64,000 bases of DNA from Octopus sinensis. Lineage: Eukaryota. Every line of letters starts with the position of its first letter. The stretch's first letter is position 1. The translations under genes and the position numbers were made by a program. The stretch lies in NCBI RefSeq assembly GCF_006345805.1, contig NC_043001.1, forward strand, positions 109,182,001-109,246,000, in the 5' to 3' direction. Below are positions 25,630 to 36,751 of the stretch, piece after piece. The notes below the pieces were generated by a model. That model was not told where the DNA came from. It searched no databases and was given only the letters and a program-made list of their open reading frames with translations.

Positions 25630-26016
25630 TTACAGGGTAAATGTTTTTTTAATTTTCTCCTGGTTTACGGAATTGATGTTATTTTGCGGTGTTGAAGCTT
25701 TTGGCTGTTATTTCTAGTGGGTGAATGGCCTATTATGGCCGTTCCTTGATTGTGATGTTGAACTTAAAAATGGTCTATGAATATTTAATTTTTTCCCACT
25801 AGGCCGCTGGTGGCAAAAAAAATTCTACAAAATTTTTTGCCACCCTATATTGATTAATTATGAATTTTCTGGTTAATTCCGTAATGGAATCGGCGGCTTA
25901 TATTATTTGCTGCCGATAAATTTGGCGCGAGTGCGATGATTTGAAAATTTTAGGTCAGATATTGCCGAGGCAGGGACGGGAATGCCTCGTGAAAAATATC
26001 TGTTCCGACTTGGCTA

Positions 26017-26120
26017 TTTCTTACTGATGAATCTAAGGCCTATGGTAGATTGGCTTGATTTAATTTAATCAGGTTAGTTTACCATTAAACAGTAGATGAA
26101 ACGGTGCATCGTATAAGAAA
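26017..26120 (+). ncRNA. Type I hammerhead ribozyme, unit 5
   Basis: Core intact; one G fewer in the helix II internal loop. Confidence 0.88.
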
Positions 26121-26506
26121 TTACAGGGTAAATGTTTTTTTAATTTTCTCCTGGTTTACGGAATTGATGTTATTTTGCGGTTGAAGCTTTTGGCTGTTAT
26201 TTCTAGTGGGTGAATGGCCTATTATGGCCGTTCCTTGATTGTGATGTTGAACTTAAAAATGGTCTATGACTATTTAATTTTTTTCCCACTAGGCCGCTGG
26301 TGGCAAAAAAATTCTACAAAATTTTTTGCCACCCTATATTGATTAATTATGAATTTTCTGGTTAATTCCGTAATGGAATCGGCGGCTTATATTTATTTGC
26401 TGCCGATAAATTTGGCGCGAGTGCGATGATTTGAAAATTTTAGGTCAGATATTGCCGAGGCAGGGACGGGAATGCCTCGTGAAAAATATCTGTTCCGACT
26501 TGGCTA

Positions 26507-26611
26507 TTTCTTACTGATGAATCTAAGGGCCTATGGTAGATTGGCTTGATTTAATTTAATCAGGTTAGTTTACCATTAAACAGTAGATGAAACGGTGCAT
26601 CGTATAAGAAA
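26507..26611 (+). ncRNA. Type I hammerhead ribozyme, unit 6
   Basis: Core and helices intact. Confidence 0.9.
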
Positions 26612-26997
26612 TTACAGGGTAAATGTTTTTTTAATTTTCTCTGGTTTACGGAATTGATGTTATTTTGCGGTTGAAGCTTTTGGCTGTTATTTCTAGTGGG
26701 TGAATGGCCTATTATGGCCGTTCCTTGATTGTGATGTTGAACTTAAAAATGGTCTATGATATTTAATTTTTTCCCACTAGGCCGCTGGTGGCAAAAAAAA
26801 ATTCTACAAAAATTTTTTGCCACCCTATATTGATTAATTATGAATTTTCTGGTTAATTCCGTAATGGAATCGGCGGCTTATATTTATTTGCTGCCGATAA
26901 ATTTGGCGCGAGTGCGATGATTTGAAAATTTTAGGTCAGATATTGCCGAGGCAGGGACGGGAATGCCTCGTGAAAAATATCTGTTCCGACTTGGCTA

Positions 26998-27102
26998 TTT
27001 CTTACTGATGAATCTAAGGGCCTATGGTAGATTGGCTTGATTTAATTTAATCAGGTTAGTTTACCATTAAACAGTAGATGAAACGGTGCATCGTATAAGA
27101 AA
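26998..27102 (+). ncRNA. Type I hammerhead ribozyme, unit 7
   Basis: Core and helices intact. Confidence 0.9.
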
Positions 27103-27489
27103 TTACAGGGTAAATGTTTTTTTAATTTTCTCCTGGTTTACGGAATTGATGTTATTTTGCGGTTGAAGCTTTTGGCTGTTATTTCTAGTGGGTGAATGGC
27201 CTATTATGGCCGTTCCTTGATTGTGATGTTGAACTTAAAAATGGTCTATGACTATTTAATTTTTCCCACTAGGCCGCTGGTGGCAAAAAAATTCTACAAA
27301 ATTTTTTGCCACCCTATATTGATTAATTATGAATTTTCTGGTTAATTCCGTAATGGAATCGGCGGCTTATATTTATTTGCTGCCGATAAATTTGGCGCGA
27401 GTGCGATGATGATTTGAAAATTTTAGGTCAGATATTGCCGAGGCAGGGACGGGAATGCCTCGTGAAAAATATCTGTTCCGACTTGGCTA

Positions 27490-27595
27490 TTTCTTACTGA
27501 TGAATCTAAGGGCCTATGGTAGATTGGCTTGATTTAATTTAATCAGGTTAGTTTACCATTAAACAGTAGATGAAACGTGTGCATCGTATAAGAAA
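27490..27595 (+). ncRNA. Type I hammerhead ribozyme, unit 8
   Basis: Core intact; an extra T in helix III (GAAACGTGTGCATCGTA), possibly a sequencing error. Confidence 0.82.
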
Positions 27596-27980
27596 TTACA
27601 GGGTAAATTTTTTTTAATTTTACTGGTTTACGGAATTGATGTTATTTTGCGGTTGAAGCTTTTGGCTGTTATTTCTAGTGGGTGAATGGCCTATTATGGC
27701 CGTTCCTTGATTGTGATGTTGAACTTAAAAATGGTCTATGATATTTAATTTTTTCCCACTAGGCCGCTGGTGGCAAAAAAAAATTCTACAAAATTTTTTG
27801 CCACCCTATATTGATTAATTATGAATTTTCTGGTTAATTCCGTAATGGAATCGGCGGCTTATATTTATTTGCTGCCGATAAATTTGCGGCGCGAGTGCGA
27901 TGATTTGAAAATTTTAGGTCAGATATTGCCGAGGCAGGGACGGGAATGCCTCGTGAAAAATATCTGTTCCGACTTGGCTA

Positions 27981-28085
27981 TTTCTTACTGATGAATCTAA
28001 GGGCCTATGGTAGATTGGCTTGATTTAATTTAATCAGGTTAGTTTACCATTAAACAGTAGATGAAACGGTGCATCGTATAAGAAA
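27981..28085 (+). ncRNA. Type I hammerhead ribozyme, unit 9
   Basis: Core and helices intact. Confidence 0.9.
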
Positions 28086-28473
28086 TTACAGGGTAAATGT
28101 TTTTTTAATTTTCTCCTGGTTTACGGAATTGATGTTATTTTGCGGTTGAAGCTTTTGGCTGTTATTTCTAGTGGGTGAATGGCCTATTATGGCGTTCCTT
28201 GATTGTGTGATGTTGAACTTAAAAATGGTCTATGAATATTTAATTTTTTCCCACTAGGCCGCTGGTGGCAAAAAAAAATTCTACAAAATTTTTTGCCACC
28301 CTATATTGATTAATTATGAATTTTCTGGTTAATTCCGTAATGGAATCGGCGGCTTATATTTATTTGCTGCCGATAAATTTGGCGCGAGTGCGATGATTTG
28401 AAAATTTTAGGTCAGATATTGCCGAGGCAGGGACGGGAATGCCTCGTGAAAAATATCTGTTCCGACTTGGCTA

Positions 28474-28577
28474 TTTCTTACTGATGAATCTAAGGGCCTA
28501 TGGTAGATTGGCTTGATTTAATTTAATCAGGTTAGTTTACCATTAACAGTAGATGAAACGGTGCATCGTATAAGAAA
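28474..28577 (+). ncRNA. Type I hammerhead ribozyme, unit 10
   Basis: Core intact; one A fewer in the helix II internal loop. Confidence 0.88.
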
Positions 28578-28962
28578 TTACAGGGTAAATGTTTTTTTAA
28601 TTTCTCTCCTGGTTTACGGAATTGATGTTATTTTGCGGTTGAAGCTTTTGGCTGTTTTTCTAGTGGGTGAATGGCCTATTATGGCCGTTCCTTGATTGTG
28701 ATGTTGAACTTAAAAATGGTCTATGACTATTTAATTTTTTCCCACTAGGCTGCTGGTGGCAAAAAAATTCTACAAAATTTTTTGCCACCCTATATTGATT
28801 AATTATGAATTTTCTGGTTAATTCCGTAATGGAATCGGCGGCTTATATTTATTTGCTGCCGATAAATTTGGCGCGAGTGCGATGATTTGAAAATTTTAGG
28901 TCAGATATTGCCGAGGCAGGGACGGGAATGCCTCGTGAAAAATATCTGTTCCGACTTGGCTA

Positions 28963-29067
28963 TTTCTTACTGATGAATCTAAGGGCCTATGGTAGATTGG
29001 CTTGATTTAATTTAATCAGGTTAGTTTACCATTAAACAGTAGATGAAACGGTGCATCGTATAAGAAA
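28963..29067 (+). ncRNA. Type I hammerhead ribozyme, unit 11
   Basis: Core and helices intact. Confidence 0.9.
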
Positions 29068-29451
29068 TTACAGGTAAATGTTTTTTTAATTTTCTCCTGG
29101 TTTACGGAATTGATGTTATTTTGCGGTTGAAGCTTTTGGCTGTTATTTCTAGTGGGTGAATGGCCTATTATGGCCGTTCCTTGATTGTGCTGTTGAACTT
29201 AAAAATGGTCTATGACTATTTAATTTTTTTCCCACTAGGCCGCTGGTGGCAAAAAAATTCTACAAAATTTTTTGCCACCCTATATTGATTAATTATGAAT
29301 TTTCTGGTTAATTCCGCAATGGAATCGGCGGCTTATATTTATTTGCTGCCGATAAATTTGGCGCGAGTGCGATGATTTGAAAATTTTAGGTCAGATATTG
29401 CCGAGGCAGGGACGGGAATGCCTCGTGAAAAAATCTGTTCCGACTTGGCTA

Positions 29452-29554
29452 TTTCTTACTGATGAATCTAAGGGCCTATGGTAGATTGGCTTGATTTAAT
29501 TTAATCAGGTTAGTTACCATTAACAGTAGATGAAACGGTGCATCGTATAAGAAA
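29452..29554 (+). ncRNA. Type I hammerhead ribozyme, unit 12
   Basis: Core intact; two single-base homopolymer losses in the helix II extension. Confidence 0.85.
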
Positions 29555-29942
29555 TTACAGGGTAAATGTTTTTTTAATTTTCTCCTGGTTTACGGAATTG
29601 ATGTTATTTTGCGGTTGAAGCTTTTGGCTGTTATTTCTAGTGGGTGAATGGCCTATTATGGCCGTTCCGTTCTGATTGTGATGTTGAACTTAAAAATGGT
29701 CTATGACTATTTAATTTTTTCCCACTAGGCCGCTGGTGGCAAAAAAATTCTACAAAATTTTTTGCCACCCTATATTGATTAATTATGAATTTTCTGGTTA
29801 ATTCCGTAATGGAATCGGCGGCTTATATTTATTTCCTGCCGATAAATTTGGCGCGAGTGCGATGATTTGAAAATTTTAGGTCAGATATTGCCGAGGCAGG
29901 GACGGGAATGCCTCGTGAAAAATATCTGTTCCGACTTGGCTA

Positions 29943-30047
29943 TTTCTTACTGATGAATCTAAGGGCCTATGGTAGATTGGCTTGATTTAATTTAATCAGG
30001 TTAGTTTACCATTAAACAGTAGATGAAACGGTGCATCGTATAAGAAA
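29943..30047 (+). ncRNA. Type I hammerhead ribozyme, unit 13 (last, partial unit)
   Basis: Core and helices intact; the unit is truncated at 30275 by a (TA)n tract. Confidence 0.9.
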
Positions 30048-30272
30048 TTACAGGGTAAATGTTTTTTTAATTTTCTCCTGGTTTACGGATTGATGTTATT
30101 TTGCGGTTGAAGCTTTTGGCTGTTATTTCTAGTGGGTGAATGGCCTATTATGGCCGTTCCTTGATTGTGATGTTGAACTTAAAAATGGTCTATGACTATT
30201 TAATTTTTTCCCACTAGGCCGCTGGTGGCAAAAAAATTCTACAAAATTTTTTGCCACCCTATATTGATTAAT

Positions 30273-30365
<93 letters not shown>

Positions 30366-30908
30366 AAGAGAGGGGGAGAAAGAAATGGATATATATAAAA
30401 TGAGAGTGACATATACATACACATATACATGTGTCCATGTATGAGTGTGTGTGTGTGTGTGTGTGTGCATAGGTCTATATGTGCGCATATGTGTATATGC
30501 GTTCGTATGTTTGATATCGATGATTGATTTAACAGTAGCAAATTTTACACTCAGGAAGCGATTTAAAAGTCATAACCATCAATTTAACATTGAAATCTCT
30601 CCTCTTTATTATTCTATATCTTTTATCATCTCTTATGTATTGCTTAGTGACTGATTGCTGGTTACCATATATATATTAGTTTTGATAAACTATAAGTACG
30701 CTGTTATTAATGTACGTCCTCTTAATATGCCATTGAAATATAATATTCGTGCTATTAATGATAATATCGTACGAGTATTCATATCTTCATTATAAAATCG
30801 AAGAACACATATGTTCTTGCTTCGTGGTGAATCTTACGCTTTGATTCTATGTATCTATCTATCACCCTCTTTCTCCCTTCCTCACTCCTCTCTCTCTCTC
30901 TCTCTCTC

Positions 30909-30945
<37 letters not shown>

Positions 30946-31460
30946 GTGTGTGTGTGCGTGTGTGTTTGAGTGTGTGTGTGTGTGTGTGTGTGTGTGCGTT
31001 TGTGTGTGTGTGTAAAACGTTAAGTAATGCGTGCGTTACATAAATATCATTTTCAGGATTAAATAAATAAGATAACAAACGGAAAATTAGACATACCTAC
31101 ATATGTATAATTAAGAATAAACGTGTAGTAAATAAACAAACGAACATATGCTAAATACACAGAAAACACAGGAGGCCATCAACTCCTCATCAGCTATCGA
31201 CCAGAGGGTCAAACGCAATTTCGGCCATTATCGACAATATTGCTTCCACTATGGAGGCACCGGCGACAAACTTGCTGAGAATGGGATCAAAATATAACAA
31301 AACAAGACAAACTCGAGATGAGACCGTCAATGGACGGACGAAGGACAAAAAGACAAAAATAAAAACAAAACAAAAGAGAATAAAGGCTTAGGGCCAGACG
31401 AAGACAACAATTAATGATAATAATATTAATAATAATAATGATATTATTATTATTATTATT

Positions 31461-31494
<34 letters not shown>

Positions 31495-31558
31495 GTGATA
31501 AAGAGTCAAAAGAATTAGAGAAACGGCGGAAGGTAACATGTATGTATATATATATATG

Positions 31559-31589
<31 letters not shown>

Positions 31590-31742
31590 GGAGAGAGAGA
31601 GAGAGAGAGCCATGTCTATGTATGTATGCATCTATGTATGCATGCATGTATGTATGTATATATATATGTATATATATATACATATATATATATTTATTTA
31701 TGTATGTATGTATATGTGTATGTATGCATGCATGTATGTATG

Positions 31743-31778
<36 letters not shown>

Positions 31779-31788
31779 TATATGTATA

Positions 31789-31835
<47 letters not shown>

Positions 31836-32889
31836 TATATGTATATATATATGTATATATATATTTATTTATGTATGTATGCTTATATATTTGTATGTAT
31901 AAAAGTGCGCGTGTATTCATATTTGTTTTTATGTCGTGGAGAACAGTCTTACATTAATCTGGAGGATAAACCAACACTTTTTAAAGTGTATATTTTTATT
32001 ATCCTTTCACGAGAAATCTGTGGACAGTGTCCTTCAAATTTTGGCTTCCATCATAATTCGAAGTCACTGTCAACAAAATTCTTGTAAAAGAATAATTGTG
32101 ATATATTTATTTGATGTAAAGTATTGACTACAATTATCTGCTATTTCTAAATCTAGTTAGCATGTTGCGGTCTCAGTTACATAACATCTTATGAGAGTAT
32201 CGATAATATTTAAGTGCCCAAATGTCTGACGCAGATATATATTATAGTTTTCCTCTAATCTTTTATACATTGGGGTTGCTTATGTTATTTCATACCATGC
32301 GCACTGCAGATATCTCGTAGCTTGATTTTTCGGAATGATAGTTGCTATATATATATATATGTACAAATATTGATAGTCTTCTTCATGTTACGGCATATTT
32401 CCATATGTTCTTCAACAATATCGTCAATATCGTTTAACATGTGCTTAGTTGTTGCTTCCACTATTCTTGTTAAAAATAGCAAGTTATTGAACAATACTTT
32501 AGCGGTATTGGAAAAGATATTTCCAAATCGTGGTTGTAAATTGTTTACTAGATATCTATATATTCCACAGACGTTTCTGTCAGATACGTTCAGTTGGAGA
32601 TATATGAGTTGAATGATGCTGACAGCAGGTTTTATGCTTCTATGCTAGATATTGACTTGTGCTGAGTACCATTAGATACGAACGTTATAGAAGGTGGTAC
32701 AAAATGTGCGATCAGGAGTAGCCAATGTCTAACATGTTCCGGCATAAAATATTTAAAATTAGTATATACTTCGTACCAATAATTTTCAAGAAAGTCGAAG
32801 GAAGATTTTTATGGGGATTTTGATAGCCGAACCGCTAAGTTACGGGAACGTAAACATAACCAGCATATATATATATATATATTATATAT

Positions 32890-32923
<34 letters not shown>

Positions 32924-32925
32924 CA

Positions 32926-33170
32926 TCTATTATATAAAATCCGTTCTGTCTGTGTGTGTGTCTTCTAGGATCTCGGGCATGCTCCATCCAATTGTGCTCA
33001 AATTTGATATGTAGATACCGACGGTATCAGGGCGTTTATATGTCTTGAAAAAATTACAAAAATCGATTCCAAGTGAGAAAGCGATCGATAAAGCCGTGGG
33101 AGCGTGCATTTGTACGCGCAAGTAGATCAGCTGTTGCGATCGATACAACGCGTACACGAGAAAAAGTCTA
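32926..33170 (+). mobile_element. Helitron-like 5' end, 3' truncated
   Basis: A|TCTATTATATAAAATCCGTTCTGTCTGTGTGTG start resembles the two other Helitrons; no CTAG end seen. Confidence 0.45.
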
Positions 33171-33245
33171 TCTTTATTTCTTCTTTTGCTGGTGTCTCAA
33201 ATTTAGGCTAAATCAGTGTTTCTCAAAGGGATGGCCTATGAGACA

Positions 33246-33408
33246 GGTTTCTTTTCATTTTCCGTCTACCAAATCCACTCACAAGGCTTTGGTCGGCCCG
33301 AGGCTAAAGTAGAAGATACTTGTCCAAGGTGCCACTCAGTTGAACTGAACCCGGAACCATGTGCTTGGTAAGCAAGCTACTTACCACACAACCATTCCTG
33401 CGCCTATG
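33246..33408 (-). mobile_element. SINE family A, 5' half
   Basis: Reverse complement of the head. Confidence 0.7.
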
Positions 33409-33577
33409 TCAGTTAATATTTTCTCTTTATCTTTTACTTGTTTCAGTCATTGAATTGTGGCTATGCTGCGCAAGCCCTGAAGGGTTTTAGCCAAAAAAGT
33501 AATCCTTAGTGGTTATTTATTTTTTTAAAGTCCCGTACTTTAAGGCTTCATTTGCCCAAGTGTTAATCCTTTCTACT

Positions 33578-33853
33578 ATAGGCACAAGGCAGGAATTTTT
33601 TTAGGGGAGAGGGCCAGTCGATTAGATTGATCCTAGTACGCAACTCGTACTTAATTTATCGATCTCGAAAAGGATGAAAGGCAAAGTCGACCTCTCCGGA
33701 ATTTGAACTCAGCGGGAGAAATACCGCTGAGTTCAAATTCCGCCGAGGTCTGCTTTATCTTTCATCATTTCAGGGTCGGTTGTGCACTGGGTTAGATCTA
33801 ATCGACTGGCCACCTCCCCACAAATTTCGGGCATTGTACTTAGAGTAGAAAAG
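33578..33853. mobile_element. Two family B SINE halves fused head-to-head (fold-back)
   Basis: Perfect 18 bp inverted repeat at 33698-33715/33724-33741, with family B sequence continuing outward on both arms. Confidence 0.75.
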
Positions 33854-34068
33854 AATATTGAGGGTAAATAAGCAGCCTAACAGCTGTCGTTAGGCGGAAT
33901 GGGTGGGGATGGGGGAACAAACAGACCCAAGCACACACATTAACACACACACATACACACGCACATATACACAGAAAATCACGCATACACACATATAGGC
34001 GACAAGATTCTATAGAGTGGAAGGCAGCTAACAAGGGTGCCGCGCAATTGGACTGAATTCAAAGACAA

Positions 34069-34275
34069 GTGGTTTACCATCAGAAAGTATACGAATCCAT
34101 TAAAGAACTTCTGCATGCAAATGCTTCATTTGTTAAAAGCCAACTACGGAAATGCCACACTGGAGACTTCAGTGTTTCTATTAAAGCAGCGGAACGAAAT
34201 ACTGGGAGCATGAGAATAGAAGGAGCTATCTTAATTAGCAGGCTCAACTCCCAATGCTATATATTCTTTTCTTGA
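34069..34275 (+). pseudogene. Possible Penelope GIY-YIG C-terminal relic
   Basis: SIKELL...DFSVSIKA...MRIEGAILISRL loosely resembles the PLE endonuclease tail (SAIxEH...DF.IL...L.IKEA+LI..L); highly degenerate. Confidence 0.25.
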
Positions 34276-35898
34276 GTTTACATACAGTCGTGGTTTGCCG
34301 TTGTGTTCTATTGGTTTACTTACCAAAGGCAGCAAAAAATGGGTGACACTCTAACAGTTTCTCTACTAGACGAAATCCACACTGTTTGACTGAACATCTG
34401 ATTTGTATTTACGAAGCTCTGTGAACAATGTTCAACGAACCATTCAGCACATCTGATATCTAAATGGCTTCTCGAATTGCAAACAATATTTTATAAAACA
34501 ATAACGCCGGAGCCTGTCCAAAAATGTCTTTATTACTTCTACATCTGTAATATCCAAAGTTTATAACGATTTTATTTGTCGTCCTTGAAAGTAACAATTT
34601 AGTCTAGCATGTTAAATGCTATACTCTCATATATGGCTGCAAAAGGTGACCACTGAAAAAGCGGGATACGATAACAAACAGCAAGAGAGGACAACTAATT
34701 TTAACATGACAATCATTAATCACTGAACAGAGTTGAATAGCGTACTGCACAATTAAATACTTCAGGTAAACAAAGCAACTGAAAATTCTGATGTGACACA
34801 TAATATATTTAATTAAAATAAAAATCATATTGCAATAAATTGGTAATAAACAGCAACTTTGGCATAAGTTAAAAGTAATGAACATTTCGGATATTAAACA
34901 AAAAAATAATAATAATAACGAACGGTAAGCTGGTAGCGTCATTGTAAATCTTCTATTATATATATACCGGATGCATATTGAAGATGGAGTTAGTACAAAG
35001 AGAGAACCACTCTGAAGTATTAGCAGTAGGAATGGGAAATGTTTAGAAAGAGCAAAACTGGTTATTGTAGTGTGCAAACAAAAAAAAGGGCTTTTCTGGT
35101 ATATGAGGAAAGAATAAATTAACAACAACATATTTATATATATAAACATTTAAAAAATGGTTTCGTACAAGGATAAACCGATAAAAATGATTAAACAAGG
35201 GAAATAAAAAGTGAAATCTGTATTACGAAATGAGAAACGCAGAGGGAATTCCTCGGTTGTCAACAACCGGCATCATTCGACAGAGAGAAAATAAGCAAGT
35301 TTTAAAGCCAACAATGGCAGACTGACTCTGTAATAGAAGTAGAGAGGAATGTCTAGCTACACAATGCTACGAGAAGATAATGAAGACGAAGCTGATATCA
35401 AAGTCAGACTTTTCTGCTAGTTCAATGAATCTATTGAATACATCATTTCCGGTTACAAAGTCCTTACAAAGTCTAATTGTAACCAAAAACACGACCGAAC
35501 CGATAGTAATTACCATTGCGGTACATGGTGACTCCTCTGCATAAAAGAGGATAAGAAATAGTATAATCGTGCTCCAAATTCAATATATAATAATGACCTG
35601 GCCATACTGAACCAGGACATGCGGACTGGCAAGATCAAGTCAAACATTCTAGATATAATTATTAACGATGGAAGCTAAAATTGAGGGTCATCTTGAAACT
35701 TTTATTGAAATTGATGTGAAGAAAACCGTCAAAAATCTGCCAAAATCGAACCATCTTGACAAGGAAATAAGCAACACAGAGCAAGATAGTAACAATGGTA
35801 AAAATGATAAGTAGCACTCGAGGTACGATAAACAGCCTAAAATCACATTGTGCAATTCACAAATCACAGAACTTACTTTCTTAGTTGCTTTCAATATA

Positions 35899-36074
35899 CC
35901 GTATTTTAACGTGTATAAGAAACCCATTTTTGTCAAAAATTACGTTAAAAAAATATGGGAGTTTCTTATACATAGATAGTATTATAATCTTTTACAAAAC
36001 CTTTTTTAATCCCCCACCAAAAAAATTAGGAGGCTCCTTATGCACGAGGGTTCTTTATACACGTTAAAATACAG
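35899..36074. mobile_element. 176 bp MITE with 27 bp TIRs and TA target duplication (pogo/Tc1-mariner type)
   Basis: CCGTATTTTAACGTGTATAAGAAACCC versus the right-end reverse complement CTGTATTTTAACGTGTATAAAGAACCC; TA at 35897-98 and 36075-76. Confidence 0.75.
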
Positions 36075-36349
36075 TAATTCATTGCGCAAATCACAAACTT
36101 TAGACGATCATCTAATTCCGAAAAACACAACAAAATGTACATAATCTATACAAAATACTGTACACAACTTGTATTGCACTTGTTGTCCACCACACACGAA
36201 CGAAATGAAGAAAGAACAGCATAGACTATAGAAACCCTAACACAAAGCAAAATCGCTTTCTATAAACTGCGTATGTTTATACATGAAATGGTTGTAATCC
36301 TTTAAAATTCTCTATCGGTGGTATTAGTTCGGACAAAAAATTTTGACGT

Positions 36350-36503
36350 GACCCCGCTGGCTAAGCGAGCAGGCCAATATTCCTTCCTGATTGAGCAACA
36401 TGAAATGAAGTGTTTTGCTCAAGAATACAGCGCACCACCCAGTCTGGAGATCGAACCCGCGATCTAGCGACCATAGATGTAACAGTCCAAACACCATGCC
36501 ACG
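36350..36503 (-). mobile_element. tRNA-derived SINE head
   Basis: Minus strand GGTTCGATCTCC B-box and CTTGAGCAAAACACT, similar to the 9965 copy. Confidence 0.55.
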
Positions 36504-36519
36504 CACATTATGCTTATAA

Positions 36520-36751
36520 ATCTTTCTTTACTACTCACAAGGGACTACACAGAGGGAACAAACAAGGACAGACAAACGGATTAAGTCGATTACATCGACT
36601 CCAGTGCGTAACTGGTACTTAATTTATCGACCACGAAAGGATGAAAGGCAAAGTCGACCTCCGCGGAATTTGAACTCAGAACGAAACGGCAGACGAAATA
36701 CGGCTACGCATTTCGCCCGGCGTGCTAACGTTTCTGCCAGCTCGCCACCTT
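36520..36751 (-). mobile_element. SINE family B, long-tail variant
   Basis: Reverse complement of the head plus the ACAAACAAGGACAGACAAACGGATT tail. Confidence 0.75.

Larger units (their letters stand above)
24049..30275 (+). repeat. Tandem array of ~491 bp units (12 full + 1 partial), each with a hammerhead ribozyme; retrozyme/ribozyme-satellite-like
   Basis: CTGATGAATCTA recurs at 24056, 24547, 25039, 25532, 26024, 26514, 27005, 27497, 27988, 28481, 28970, 29459 and 29950 (spacing 489-493, mean 491). Units are near-identical. No ORF >=60 aa lies wholly within the array. Confidence 0.97.

Noticed and set aside
24049-30275. Array as a CRISPR, rDNA/5S or histone repeat
   Set aside because: No unique spacers, no rRNA or tRNA motifs, no ORFs; units are near-identical along their whole length.
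24049-30275. A second, minus-strand ribozyme (ambisense viroid-like replicon)
   Set aside because: No TCNTCAG (reverse complement of CUGANGA) found in the unit by eye. Twister, HDV and other ribozymes were not excluded; that needs cmsearch.
24049-30275. Most single-base differences between units as real variation
   Set aside because: Mostly homopolymer indels typical of long-read error; only the linked C/A plus A-run pattern was kept.
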